From Stylophora pistillata (lineage: Eukaryota), in contig NW_019217939.1 of NCBI RefSeq assembly GCF_002571385.2, positions 154,326 through 218,325 of the forward strand: a DNA stretch of 64,000 nt. Direction: 5' to 3'. Below, piece by piece: positions 12,001-23,144 of this stretch. Position 1 is the first letter of the stretch, and every line of letters begins with the position of its first letter. The position numbers were made by a program, and so were the translations under genes. The notes under the pieces are model-generated. The model did not search any database. It had not been told where the DNA came from and saw nothing but the letters and a program-made list of their open reading frames with translations.

Positions 12001-12625
12001 CCCTCAAACTTTAATCAGGAAATTTCATGAGTGTAGACACAACGATTAGCGATTAGGCGTTCATAAATTTTCTTTTTTCTTTCCATGTTACTTTTTAGAG
12101 GGAATGGCAACCCCAGGAAAATTTACCTGCGGGGCTGTGGAAAGTGCCTCAGTCAAGGACTACATTTACAAAAACGGCAAATCTTACGTAGATCTGATCC
12201 AAACCGCTGCGCGAGGACTGGAAGAAGAGCTGCGAGTAGAGTTGAAAGATAGGGACATCGAGGCTCTTTGCCTCACAACAGTTTACCTCAAGTTCGACAC
12301 ACATGAGTGGGGTTGCTGTGGTTACGTAGACCTGTCGGATGAACGAGTGGCTTCCGAGCGACGACTGACGTTCGAGCAACTCGGCTCTCGGTTCACGACG
12401 GGTCCTAAAGATAAGTTTGAGCACGAAGAAGTAGTGGCTGTTGACTTCGAACTGTCGCGGATGGTGGAGTTCGTGCGAGAGAACTACGAAGATTTTGCTA
12501 GCTCGGCCAAGCTAGTAGTGGTGAAGGTTTTGCAGTCGTTTTTCGGAGTCGCTGCCGTGGAAAGAGCTTTTCGCGTTTATCTAGAAGATGGAGATGATAC
12601 TTTACCAAAGCAGATTCCATCTTGA
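2816..12625 (+). CDS. Multi-exon gene: N-terminal helical segment + TKL-like Ser/Thr protein kinase + C-terminal Nudix-hydrolase-like domain (9 exons; in-frame TAG in exon 7)
   Basis: Exons 2816-3029, 4714-4897, 6960-7245, 7708-7861, 8351-8665, 9037-9140, 9631-9789, 10856-11153, 12099-12625. All introns are GT-AG with matching phases; total 2241 nt = 746 codons + stop. Kinase motifs: [35 protein letters not shown], RPTA. Nudix-like motifs: ARR..PGK...GAVES...AARGLEEELRV. Confidence 0.8.
3242..3520. repeat. About 280-bp near-perfect palindrome (foldback/MITE-like insertion) in intron 1
   Basis: Arms are reverse complements centred on GGATCC 3379-3384 with almost no spacer; GCGAGAC sub-repeats extend left to about 3180; not seen in the duplicate gene copy. 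Confidence 0.85.
4328..4640 (+). mobile_element. Non-autonomous interspersed element family A, copy 1
   Basis: Highly similar to 16105-16416 and 38259-38570 with unrelated flanks; 3' half is an imperfect palindrome (CTTATTAACCAAGC...CTTGGTTAATAAG). Confidence 0.85.
4714..4897 (+). CDS. Kinase exon 2 (subdomains I-III)
   Basis: ttgcag acceptor; [25 protein letters not shown]...LLTEGNLLR; AG|GTGGCT donor. Confidence 0.9.
4938..5485. mobile_element. Composite hairpin + inverted-repeat non-autonomous element
   Basis: Inverted arms 4944-4985 / 5040-5081, then TTATTATCCAAC (about 5086) ... GTTGGATAATAA (about 5473). Confidence 0.6.
5645..5795. mobile_element. MITE-like element with TGGATA-rich inverted repeats
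   Basis: Termini GGCCC..TGTTCGAAGGATGGATAA / TTATCCGCCCTTTGAACAACCGG; second copy at 6707-6856. Confidence 0.7.
5817..6060. mobile_element. MITE-like element (related terminal inverted repeats)
   Basis: GGATTGTTCAAAGCTGGGTTAAG ... CTAATCGGCCTTCAAACGACTGGACCT termini; internal TAACCCTGGGTTA palindromes. Confidence 0.5.
6707..6856. mobile_element. MITE-like element, second copy of the 5645-5795 family
   Basis: CCAGTTGCTCAAAGGATGGATAAC ... GTTATCCGCCCTTTGAACAACTGG inverted termini. Confidence 0.72.
6960..7245 (+). CDS. Kinase exon 3 (subdomains IV-VIb)
   Basis: LRHDNIIAF...LVMEYIP...[29 protein letters not shown] donor at 7246. Confidence 0.92.
7708..7861 (+). CDS. Kinase exon 4 (subdomains VII-VIII; absent from the ORF track)
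   Basis: Manual translation LEIRSLRVKLADFGLSRTVERSGNDLSLFHARWTAPEVWDDYIIDDEYNIE; ccag acceptor, G|GTAAAA donor. Confidence 0.92.
8351..8665 (+). CDS. Kinase exon 5 (acidic insert + subdomains IX-XI)
   Basis: ...RADVYSYAQVVAYTLTGNMPW...VVEDCRLENPAKRPTADQLV; splice phases match both neighbours. Confidence 0.9.
9037..9140 (+). CDS. Kinase-Nudix gene exon 6 (linker)
   Basis: tttag acceptor; open frame DVNPYQTEARSAEFFSCGFLQNTYIFVAESLVDE; GAG|GTAATG donor. Confidence 0.75.
9631..9789 (+). CDS. Kinase-Nudix gene exon 7 (phase 0-0; in-frame TAG at 9772-9774)
   Basis: aacag acceptor; GC-rich coding-like SSEGYFKTSVRPHGFPPECLLCAVEVGNEEYNDVPKEWVYEQKYREH*GHFRQ; CAG|GTATAT donor. Confidence 0.65.
10856..11153 (+). 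CDS. Exon 8 (N-terminal part of Nudix-like domain)
   Basis: tgtag acceptor; AAIDKKIEDNPAIALKTLITSREEEE...SFGLHVAVLTADKPQKFIFARRANR; G|GTACCT donor. Confidence 0.8.
12099..12625 (+). CDS. Exon 9, terminal (Nudix-box-like helix)
   Basis: ttttag acceptor; GMATPGKFTCGAVES...DLIQTAARGLEEELRVEL...HEWGCCGYVDL; TGA at 12623-12625. Confidence 0.82.
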
Positions 12626-13994
12626 ACAAATTTAGTGATTAATGCTTTACTTTTCTTTCTCTTCTCAGTGAGAGCCTGACTTAAAATTACTGTAGTCTCT
12701 GTTTGGAAAGAATAGCCTTGCAAGGGTACATTTATAAAGCATATTAGGAACTTGGGACTCGGTTGGGTCCCCAACGAGCAGTTTGTATTTCATTGTTAAC
12801 TCTGCCTTTATTGACTCAAGACTTAAGTTCATAGTATGTCCCATTCTAGCTAATCATGCAAGTGCAACAACCGTGTAAACATGTCTTTTGTTGTGTTTTC
12901 ATTTTGTTTTTTCCTTGATTACCAAACAAATCCCCTTTACCACCACCTTAAAAAATACTACTACCGTAACACATGGTCGCCTATTATGATTTTTTTTTAA
13001 CAACAACAACCTTTATGTATTGTAATTTTTAATGACTAATGACTATTTTAATGATTGACTGATGTGAATGATTTCCATATAACCCTATACATAATTATGC
13101 ATTCCATTTCATAAAGACTTAAAGACTAAAGTTTTCTTTGCAACACTCCACGCATAATTTATGTATGGGGTTGTATGGAAATCTTGCCGAAATCATGGTT
13201 GTGATTTGAATATCTGAGACGACAAAGGCAATTATACGAACACCCTTCGAGGCATTCGGAATCGTAGTAACCATTCTTTTTTAGTAATTAACCCAATGAA
13301 AAAAATTATGATACACAGGCGGATCATACGAGTATTGTCTTCGTTCATACATCGATTGATCAACTAAGCGATTTCAACAGCTTCCGTTGATCGCGAATGC
13401 ACATTCGATCGCTTCATCGAGAGGAAAAGGCGACAATTTGAAGCCTTCCCTTATGATTTCCTAACCGAAATGCTAATAATAAATGTACTTCCAACGTTCG
13501 AATTCACGCCATGAATTATCAGCCAAGACTCGGCAGTGTTACTCAAGCGTAAAAAGTATATTAATATTACCAAAATATAAGAACAAGGAGATATTAAGAA
13601 TGCTCAGTGATTTATCACTCACCAAAACCTCTATCACAGATTCCCAAATCTGGTCGGCTTAACTTAGCCAAAAAGGAAAAAAGAAAATATGCAAAGGACA
13701 CAGTTTACTTTCGATCTGGAACTGTCATACATTAGTACATAATATGTGATTGGTCGTTAGCCAAAGTCCCGATTTGAAAAAGCCTCAGAGGAGGCGCCAA
13801 TGGTAACGAGTGTATTATCCCTAACAGATTTTGGGGGAACCCATAAAGCAGCTCTCTCATCGCCGTGTTGAATGTTTCCACAGAATGTCCATGAAATATG
13901 TCACCTGAGCTTAAAGATAGATAGATAGTTTATTATGATTAAAATCGCAGCCAAAAGCTGAATTAGATTAATCGTTACAATAGTAAAATCTAAT

Positions 13995-14042
13995 GATTAT
14001 AATAATTATATATAATTATATATAATTATATAATAATTATAA
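13995..14042. repeat. (TATATAATTA)n tandem repeat in the LINE 3' UTR
   Basis: About 4 copies visible. Confidence 0.8.
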
Positions 14043-14792
14043 GAAAAACGTACACAAATTAACTACAATTACTATATATAAATGTTTTCATGAGTCTCTT
14101 CGTCTTAGCCAGAGTGAACATTAAATTTCCTCTTTTCCCTCAGATTGAGTTCACAGTTGTTATTACTGTTCACAGTTGTTATAACTGTCTTAGCAAGAGC
14201 TTATACAGTTTATGGTCTGAGTTACAAGAGATGGAATCAAAAAGCTTAGTTGTGATAGACTGCCTGCGTTGGGAGAGCGTCTCCAAGTTGGTTTGATTTA
14301 ATGCGTCGCTATATGGAACAAACGGAAAAATAAATCGCATGGCGAGTTTCTGTAGCTGTTCTAAACTCAACAGATAAGTATGAGGGAAGCGCGTTGTGAA
14401 ACACCGGGCATGCGTATTGCATTACTGGGCGGATACAAGTCATGTAAAAGATTAGCAGGTCTTTGGCGGGAATATTCGCTCTCTTCAGTTGTTTAAGAAA
14501 ATATAATCGACTCGCTACTTTTTTACTTATTTCAGCAACATGGCGGTTCCACCGAAGGTTGGAAGAAATGTTCAGCCCTAACAACTTAACAGTAGACGCT
14601 ACCTCTATTGCTTTCCCGTTGATAACAATTGGAGCAAAGTCTGCGGCTGATTTAGCGAACGAAATCCGTAGTTCCTTACATTTCGATTCATTTAGCTAGA
14701 ACTTATTTTGATTAGACTTAGTAATCAGTTCCTCCACATCAGATTGAATACGACTGCCCTCCTTCTTGTAAACACACTCTGCAATATAACAC

Positions 14793-14899
14793 NNNNNNNN
14801 NNNNNNNNNNNNNNNNNNNNNNNNNNNNNNNNNNNNNNNNNNNNNNNNNNNNNNNNNNNNNNNNNNNNNNNNNNNNNNNNNNNNNNNNNNNNNNNNNNN
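14793..14899. other. Assembly gap
   Basis: N run. Confidence 1.
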
Positions 14900-15919
14900 T
14901 CTCTAATTTTCTTGAGAATTGATGGTCGCAAGTATTCCGCAACAACAAACTCCTCCGCCACCTTAGAGAGAACGGGCGTTAACGAGATGGGACGCAGGTG
15001 TTTATTTACGTCCTTATTTGGTTTCTGCTTTGGGATCGGAACGGTATCAGCAGATTTCCAAAAAAGGAGGTAAACGTCTTTCAGCAAAAGAAGTGTTAAT
15101 GATATCAGTTACAGTATTGAAAAAGAGATCAGCATTTTCCTTTAGCAACCATGCTGGAATACCGTCGGGTCCGGACGCTTTCCTAGGGTTGATCGACGCT
15201 AGCTGAAGGTAAACAGCATGCGTAGAAACGCATGTGTGCGATGGCAGATGTCCAAGAGGATTTTGCAAACTTATCCCTGAATGAGATAGCAGGAAATAGA
15301 CGGGAATTGCTGGGCAAAATTCAGAAACAAATTTGTGACGCAATTGGGTATCTCGAGGCCGGAAGTGACTCTGTAACAAACGAGCAAGTTCGACGCAGCT
15401 TACTTCAAGTAAACAAGAATATAGATTCCATAAAAGCCTCGTGCAACGATGTAGGTATACCCGTTTATAATCGTCTTTACTTTCTGCTTTCCATTTTTTA
15501 TTTTTGTTTTTATCTTTTTTTTTTTCAATTGAAAACTGAAACAATGCTTTCGCACTTCGTATGTTTTCTAATTTGTGGGTGGGATCAGTTTGGTCGCTTC
15601 CGTGAAAAGTTTACTTATCAAATAAATAAAACGACAGTCAATCATTTTTTTAGTGTTTCGATCGAAGGACCTGTTGTTGATCTCAGAGAGCTTGATAATC
15701 TGGGTTTTATCAAAGTGTACAGAATGACTACGGCTTTCCAATGGTACAACTCAAATCATGTTGTTCCAATCCTGTTTCTTCAGCCAAACTAAATAAACTT
15801 TTGAGTTTGAAAATAATTCTCTTTCACTGACCTCATTAGTAATAAAGAGGGGGTATCATAAACTTGTTGACAGATGGGTCGTACCTGGTGCATTTTAAAG
15901 CGAAATGCGATAAAGATAA

Positions 15920-15987
<68 letters not shown>

Positions 15988-16054
15988 CAGCCAATATACC
16001 ATAATCTAATATCTGTACATCGTAACATCCGGTCTCTTCTCACGAAATAAAGTT

Positions 16055-16088
<34 letters not shown>

Positions 16089-16104
16089 TTTTAATAAAAC
16101 AATT

Positions 16105-16416
16105 ATTACACGACTCGGGCAGTCAGAGGGCCAATAACTAAAATCGACCAATCAAAATGCTCTATTGCCGGTCAATATTCTCTCAGTATTGGACCGGGCA
16201 CTGCCCCGAATGGTCCCGAATGATACCGCACTTGTGTCCCTTTGAACTTCAGTCGTATAATAAATCTCTTATTAACCAAGCTTGCTCGGGACCGTACTGG
16301 AAGAATATCGGCCCTCGGCCTTTTTTGTACGGACCTCGCTGCGCTCAGTCCGTACTGTCAAGACTTTGGACCAATATTCTCCAAGTACGGCCCTTGCGCT
16401 TGGTTAATAAGATATA
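16105..16416 (+). mobile_element. Family A element, copy 2
   Basis: Direct sequence match to 4328-4640 and 38259-38570. Confidence 0.85.
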
Positions 16417-17403
16417 TATTACGCACAGTGACCACGGAACAAGTAAGTTGAATAACTCTCACTCCTAAATAAATAATAATCTTAATTCGCAGGGGAAGAA
16501 AGCTAAAACAAAGCCATGAACGAAATGTAATATTCGAGGACTTGCAGAAATTGCATTTAAAATCATGACCATCCTGAAATACTCTAGGATACAAAAAAGA
16601 GAACAACAAACAAACATATCAATGAAGTGAGCAAACAACCACATGCGTGACTTCCACGTAATCTAAAATTTCTTATAAGCGTCATTACTGAGTACCTGTT
16701 TTGTGCTAGCGCAAAAGCCGTTCACTAATCTGGCAAGCTTTCTTTTGGTTGATGCTGTTGTTGCCCACATTCGCTTTCTCTGTAATTACATAATGTTTCT
16801 TTACTTCTTTGTTTCGTGCTGCCACATTTGATCTAAATTGGATTATTCACGACTGTCAAAACGGACATAACATGACAAACAAATAATTACAATTTGATAC
16901 CCGTGTTCTTCTCATCGAAAAGACAAAAAAAGATTTTTTTGTATTTCGCGGAGCTTAGAACAATCCATTAAAATGCTTACCCCTTTGGGGGTAGGAGGTC
17001 AAAAAGAACAATACATGCAACTGTTTGGCCTGTTCACGTTTCACAATAATAAAGAAATGCATTTTTTGGTGTGCTTAACAAATGCTGTTCAAAAAAAGAA
17101 AGGTACCAAGAACATTTTACCTTTGTACTCTTGAGGAGGGTGGCATGGACCGTCAAGTGACAAGACCAAAACCAACGACTGCAAACAAGACCATGTGTAA
17201 AAAGTAGTAGCAGAAAGTTTTTTTTTAATTTTTTTTTTCAATGACTGTCACAAAAATATTTACTGCTCCAAGTATTTCCAGTATTGCTCTACAAGCAAAT
17301 GAATAGCGTAAGCCATCAAGAGGTAATTTATCTGTTGAAAACAATAACTAAATGTTCAACAATAGGCCTAAAAGCTTCCAGGAAGTAAGGGAAAGGCATA
17401 TTG

Positions 17404-17594
17404 CATCCCGGTTAGCTCAATGGATAGAGCGCTGGACTGATGTGCGGGAGGTCGAGGGTTCGAGCCCCGGCCGGACCAACACTGAAGGTCTTAAAGTAAT
17501 TGAGAAGAATATGTTGCCTTTCTATAACATCCAGAAATGGTTTAGGAATTCTAGTCTTCTCGGATAGGGACGAATAAATGGAGGTCCCGTCTCC
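17404..17594 (+). mobile_element. tRNA-derived SINE
   Basis: A box TAGCTCAATGG (17413), B box GGTTCGAGCCC (17457-17467); no proper cloverleaf; followed by non-tRNA body GGACCAACACTGAAGGTCTTAAA... Confidence 0.75.
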
Positions 17595-20500
17595 TGCAGG
17601 GTTAGGGGTAGGACGAGATTACTGTGTGATGGATGTCCTCCCCTGGGGAGTTATATTGGTGAGACCACTCGCCACATTTGTACAAGATTCTAAACAATGC
17701 TCTGCGCTTCAAGCAGGAATATACGAGGACCAGAGTTTGGCACATGGGTTTTTTTGTTTTTTTGTTTTTTTTGTTTTTTTGTTTGTACATAGAAGCTAGA
17801 AGATGGGGAAGCGAAAGACACAGCTTCAAACACACGAAATTTCAAGGACAAATTCGTCAAAGTAAACTAAAGGAAACAGTCATATGTAAGATTTAAAGGA
17901 GTGACCACCCCATTATTTCTCCTTACCTCATCACTTTTGAAACAAACATTAATGTCAAGAGTGTTAAGGAGTGTGACTAAAAATAAGTATTTAGAAATTT
18001 GGAGAATGCTTTGAGCTTCCTATGAAACTTTCTGGAACCTTTTTTTGGATTTTGTTGTTGTGATGTGGTGATATCAGGGTGGTCGTGTTGTGGGCTTCTG
18101 GAATGTTCCGGAATGCTTTGTGGATGTATGTGGAGACTTGGTCCACTATTGTTATCGGGAGTAAGCTCTACCAAGAGAGAAAACTGTTGTAGAAGATAGT
18201 CAATTTAAAGGAACTTTGGAGAAAACTGTGGGTTTCTACAGTGATGAGCGAAAATGTAGTTTGTAGAGGGCTTATAAGTAAGTTATTGAAGATAACTACT
18301 TTATCGTCTATCGGAGTCGTTCATAAGGAAAAATATTGCACATAAGTAGCTGAGTTTATAGGATTATAGTGTTTTTCTGTCGGTTGAATTATACCGTAAC
18401 ATGAGAATAAAGAAGCTCCGCACCATTTAAAAAAATTCTTACTTTCATTATAGTTCTCTTTAAGGACGCGAAATTCCAAGGCCGACGCATGTTACGTCCT
18501 AGTGTTCTTGCGGTTGATAAGATGTTAAATTGAACTTTTAATGATGATTTCTCAGTGTCCAAACAATGCTTCAATAAACGCAGGAATTTCTCGTACCCAG
18601 TACATCCCTTGGATAAGCTAGGCAATATTACAAGACGAGCGGGTATTTTAGTGTTTAAAAACATCTCATATAATTATTGCGCAGTAGCATGCGATCTGTC
18701 GTTTCAAGAATTTTTGTTTTTGCATTTGGTAAAAAAGCGCATATGTTTGATGGTTGAGGGAGATTCGGACCCAGTCCCTGGATCCGCCACCGCTCTTTAC
18801 TAATTTTCTTTATTTACGTATGGATCAAAGATAATCCTTCCATTGCCCTTAAAACATTGATCACCTCCCGGGAGGAGGAAGAAGAGAGACAAGAAATACA
18901 ACTGATGTTCGGACAGTCAACCTACTGTCATCATAGAGCCGTTCGGGAGATCTGGAGGAACCTAGAAGACTCTAAAAAAAGAGAGTTTGTTGTGTGTAAG
19001 ACTACGGTTCATCCGGTGTTCAGCACATCTTTTGGTCTCCATGTTGCTGTGCTAACTGCGGACAAACCTCAGAAATTCATCTTTGGTAGAAGGGCCAATA
19101 GAGGTACCTATTCAGTTCACGCACCCTTTTGGCCTTTGTCAAGATTTTTTATAATTATTCACGAGTTTAGAATTTGAGTTAAAGGATCATGAAATCTCAG
19201 CTAAATTTAAGAATGCCGCACATTTTAGTGCCATCTTACCCTGATACTTCCCCATTAAAATCCCCATAATATTTTTTATGCCACTACATGACTGGGTCAG
19301 AAGGAGGTAGTTTATCAAGGCCAATAACAACGCTGATCTTTGCCAAATCCCTTCATAACTATGATTAGGCGTCGATCAATTCGAAGCTTCGACATCCCCC
19401 ACCCAGGGGCAAAAATTATGTTCAAATCCCCCGCTCCATTTTTTTGTTAAGGCAAAATCAGCGACGGCGTCTTTCTACACATGGACCAAGCTTTAAAGCC
19501 CTAGACCTTGCGGACCTTTTCTTTTGAGCCATTCGCTCGCGAAAGTGAACTATTGACCATAAGTGAGCTCAACGAACGAGTGAGTCTTTAATGCATTACA
19601 ACGAGTGAATAAAAATCATCCGTGCGCACTTTCTATGGTATGATGTTTTTATTTCATGCATACTGAGATTTTTTCACACAGACAGTCACATTTCAAAGAC
19701 TGGAAGCAAACGACTATGAAATTACATCTTTCTTTCAATTAAGTGACCCGAACGATAGTACTTCCCAGTGTGAATCTCAATATGTATGAAACAAAATTTG
19801 GTTTTATCAACTGTGTTGATGATGTGAAGTGAGTTAGCCCCCGTAAAGAGATTCTAAAGCTTACGTTTCTAGCGCCAATTCGCTCTGGCCAGTTCGCATT
19901 ACATGTGTCAACTTGTGTATAAACCAAAATTGTCTTGTAGCCAAAGGAAGGCCTTCATATTTTGTCTCGCATTGCCCGGCATTTTTTCACTAAGACCCGT
20001 TCTTATATTCTTTATTTTACAAAAACAGATAAATCCTCAAACTTTTATCAGGTAATTACAAGACTGTAGACACAACAATAAGCGATTAGGTGTTCATAAA
20101 ATATTGTTTATTTTTTTTCTTTTCATGTTACTTTTCAGAGGGAATGCCAACCCCAGGCAAGCTTACCTGCGGGGCTGTGGAAAGTGTCTTAGTCAAGGAC
20201 TACATTTATAAAAACGAGAAGCCTTACGTGGATCTGATCCATACTGCTGTGCGAGGACTGGAAGAAAAGCTGCGAGTGGAGTTGAAAGATAGTGACATCG
20301 AGGCTCTTTGCCTCTCAACAGATTACCTCAAGTTCTACACCCATGAGTGGGGTTGCTGTGGTTAGGTTGACCTGTCGGATGAACGAGTGGCTACCGAGCG
20401 ACGACTGACCTTCGATCACCGCGGCTCTCGGTTCACGACGGGTCCTAAAGATAAGTTTGAGCACGAAGAAGTAGTGGCTGTTGACTTCGAACTGTCGCGG

Positions 20501-23144
20501 ATGGTGGAGTTCGTGCGAGCGAACAACGAAGATTTTGCTAGCTCGGCCAAGCTAGTAGTGGTGAAGGTTTTGCAGTCGTTTTTCGGACTCGCTGCGCTCG
20601 AAATAGCTTTTCGCGTTTATCTAGAAGATGGAGACAATACTTTACATAAGCAGATTCCATCTTGAACAAATTTAGTGTTTAATCCTCTCCTTTTTTTGTC
20701 TTCTCAGTAATAGCCTTACTTAAAATTACCGCTGTCTCCATTTGGGGAGAATAGCCCTGCAAGAGTAGATTTATTAAGCGTATTAAGCGCTTGGGACTCG
20801 GTTGGGTCCCCAACGAGTGTCTTTCAGTGCTAACTCTGCCTTTATTGACTCAAGACTGAAGTTCATAGTATGTACCATGCTAGTCATGCGAGTGCAACAA
20901 CCGTGTAAACTTGTCTTTTTGTTGTTTTCATTTTATTTTTCTCCTTGATTGCTATGCTAAACAAATCCCCCTTGCTACCACCTTGAGAAATATTTAAAGA
21001 ACAGTATGGAAAATATGCATACTGATGTTAGGGTGTAAATTGTCAAAGAAATGAAATGTCGATCCGTTGCCCGTTTGCGTTCGCTTTATTTTTCCGTCGG
21101 TGAGCGAAGCGAGTAATGGTAAGCTAGCCCCTTATGTTCGCGTTCTGCTCGCTCTCTCCCAGATGACGAAACGATCTGTTAGACGCTAAATACGTGTAAT
21201 TTGAAAAATTGCAAATGAAATTGCTGTATTTTATCCCACAGAAGAAATATTTTGGTTCCCTTTGATTTTGAAAGGCGAAAAAAATCGCTCAAAATATATT
21301 AGCGAAACTACTTTCTATCTCGTTATGCTAATTTTGCTCGAAAATGATGACATTTGCTCTCAGTTATTTTTATCCTAAACGTATATTGATATTTATCATG
21401 AAGTTAATTTGTTTACACTGTTGAATGAATTTCTTCTATGTTGCTCTTGGTTTCCTGTGTCATGACATCTCGAGCGAATCTAGATAAGTAAAATTTTCAA
21501 TGCCATTTCAAAAAATGCAGCTATTTCTTATCGCACTTGGCAGTAGCAAATCTTCCGAACAACTGCTTCAAAGCACTTCACTCACTTGAAATTTTATCTA
21601 TATAAACCTAACTCCACCAATTGAAAATGACACCTGCCTTTGAGATGGCGATCAATTATTGATCATTTTAATATGAACTCATGAGAACTCCATGCAGCCA
21701 ACTTGCGGCTTCTAATAACAGTTTCGGTATAACACATGTTGAATTCATTTATCGGTGAATGGGTCCCTAATGTTCTCATGACTTCGTTACTGACCCGCCC
21801 GAGATTTGCACAACAGTGTGAAGATCACGTGAAACCAGTAAGTGCTACTTAAAACAGCGTGCGATTGTGAAGACCTCAGTCGCGCGGTTTTCCGGCCAAC
21901 TCGAAAGGCACTGTTTTGTTTACATCACCATCTCTTCGAGTGGGATGAAAAACCAGACAGTAAATCGAAGACACGCAACTTCCATAGTTTATTTAGCGTC
22001 ACATTTTCGAAAAAAACTACAGATATAAGCTTGTTGTGGATTTCAAGACCGGCGGACAACAACACAATGATTGATTTATTCCAAGTCATTATCGCTTGAA
22101 AACAGACAGACTTTGGGTTAAGTAATTACGGAATAAATTCTTTTTTTAAGGGGCCTTTGAGCCACGCTGCCAAAAAATAAACCAGATGCTTTGCTAACAG
22201 GTAGAAAAGATGTCTAAAGGTCCAGAAGGAGGAGAAGAAAAAATTAAAGTTGGTAAATGATATTTGAGGTTGGTATATAATTTGGTTTAAAAATGCTCAG
22301 TTGTCTTTATGCATTGTATGCAATAAAATTGTCCTTAAGGGGCTTAGAAAAGTTTGTTTAGTGTAAAAACAAATTGAATTTTCAGTCTTCTGTCAAGGCC
22401 CATTAGGATCTGTGTTTAATATTTTGTCGTGTGTCCGAGGAGGGACAAATTGACTCGCCTAGCTTCCAGCTGAGGTATTGTTTCGTTGACATTGCGTTGT
22501 AGACACAATTTGTAACGCTCACGGAATATGTTACTGGGAAAGAATGGAAGAGATGGTCGTGCGTAATGTTCAGATCATCTCTCGAAAATAGCATGCATGC
22601 AATCGGGCGGGAGATCAGATTTCCTTGTCCGACAAATGGGTCATAATCCTTCCCTTTGAAGTCTGAATTACCCAATCATATCTTGTCTGTTCCAACCACC
22701 AGGGACTGACTGAGTGTGAAAATCAGTCAACACTATATTTTTCTTTGGAGTCTTAGCGAAGAAACATTTTGTGAAAATTGCCGCTTCAATGTTAGAAGAA
22801 GTTACATTCGAGCAGTAATAATTTTGACCCTTGACACGCACAGTTCTTGCCAATTCGTGCCCTTCTCTTGTTGTGAAGGAAAGCTTATTAGTCCGTCCGA
22901 CCTTGGCATTGACTTCTCAAGAAATTGTACTTCTAGTAACTTTATATGTGGGCTTCATACGACTGAAGTGGAGTGTCGACTGAAGAAAATACTTCATTCG
23001 GGTAAAGAGTCACGAATTAGCTTGAACCATCTGGAAAAACGATGATGCCTTTCTAAACAGATTCAAGAGAAAACACTGCAAATACTGACCGCCGCTTGGA
23101 ATAATGTACAGTGTATTTTGAAGGTTCGTGAACGGGCCGGAGAA

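Larger units (their letters stand above)
13917..15234 (-). mobile_element. 5'-truncated CR1/L2-group LINE (reverse transcriptase fragment)
   Basis: Minus-strand peptides KASGPDGIPAWLLKE, RPISLTPVLSKVAE, LNESKCKELRISF, LGLNISSNLRWNRHV, IRPVMQYACPVFH; 3' end AATAAA + (CTAT)n at 13917-13935; contains an N gap, frameshifts and stops. Confidence 0.9.
12955..20990 (+). pseudogene. Decayed tandem duplicate of the kinase-Nudix gene
   Basis: 12955-13916 matches 2085-2809 (promoter); 15241-15454 matches exon 1; 17706-20990 matches 9779-12955. Kinase exons 2-6 and most of exon 7 absent; exon-7 donor GT>GA; exon-8 acceptor deleted (about 18820); TAC>TAG at 20363-20365; many missense changes including EEEL>EEKL. 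Confidence 0.85.

Noticed and set aside
17404-17480. tRNA gene
   Set aside because: A and B boxes are present but acceptor and anticodon stems do not pair and it runs into a SINE-like body.
22403-23045. Overlapping short ORFs upstream of the Tctex gene
   Set aside because: No recognisable domain or consistent splice structure.
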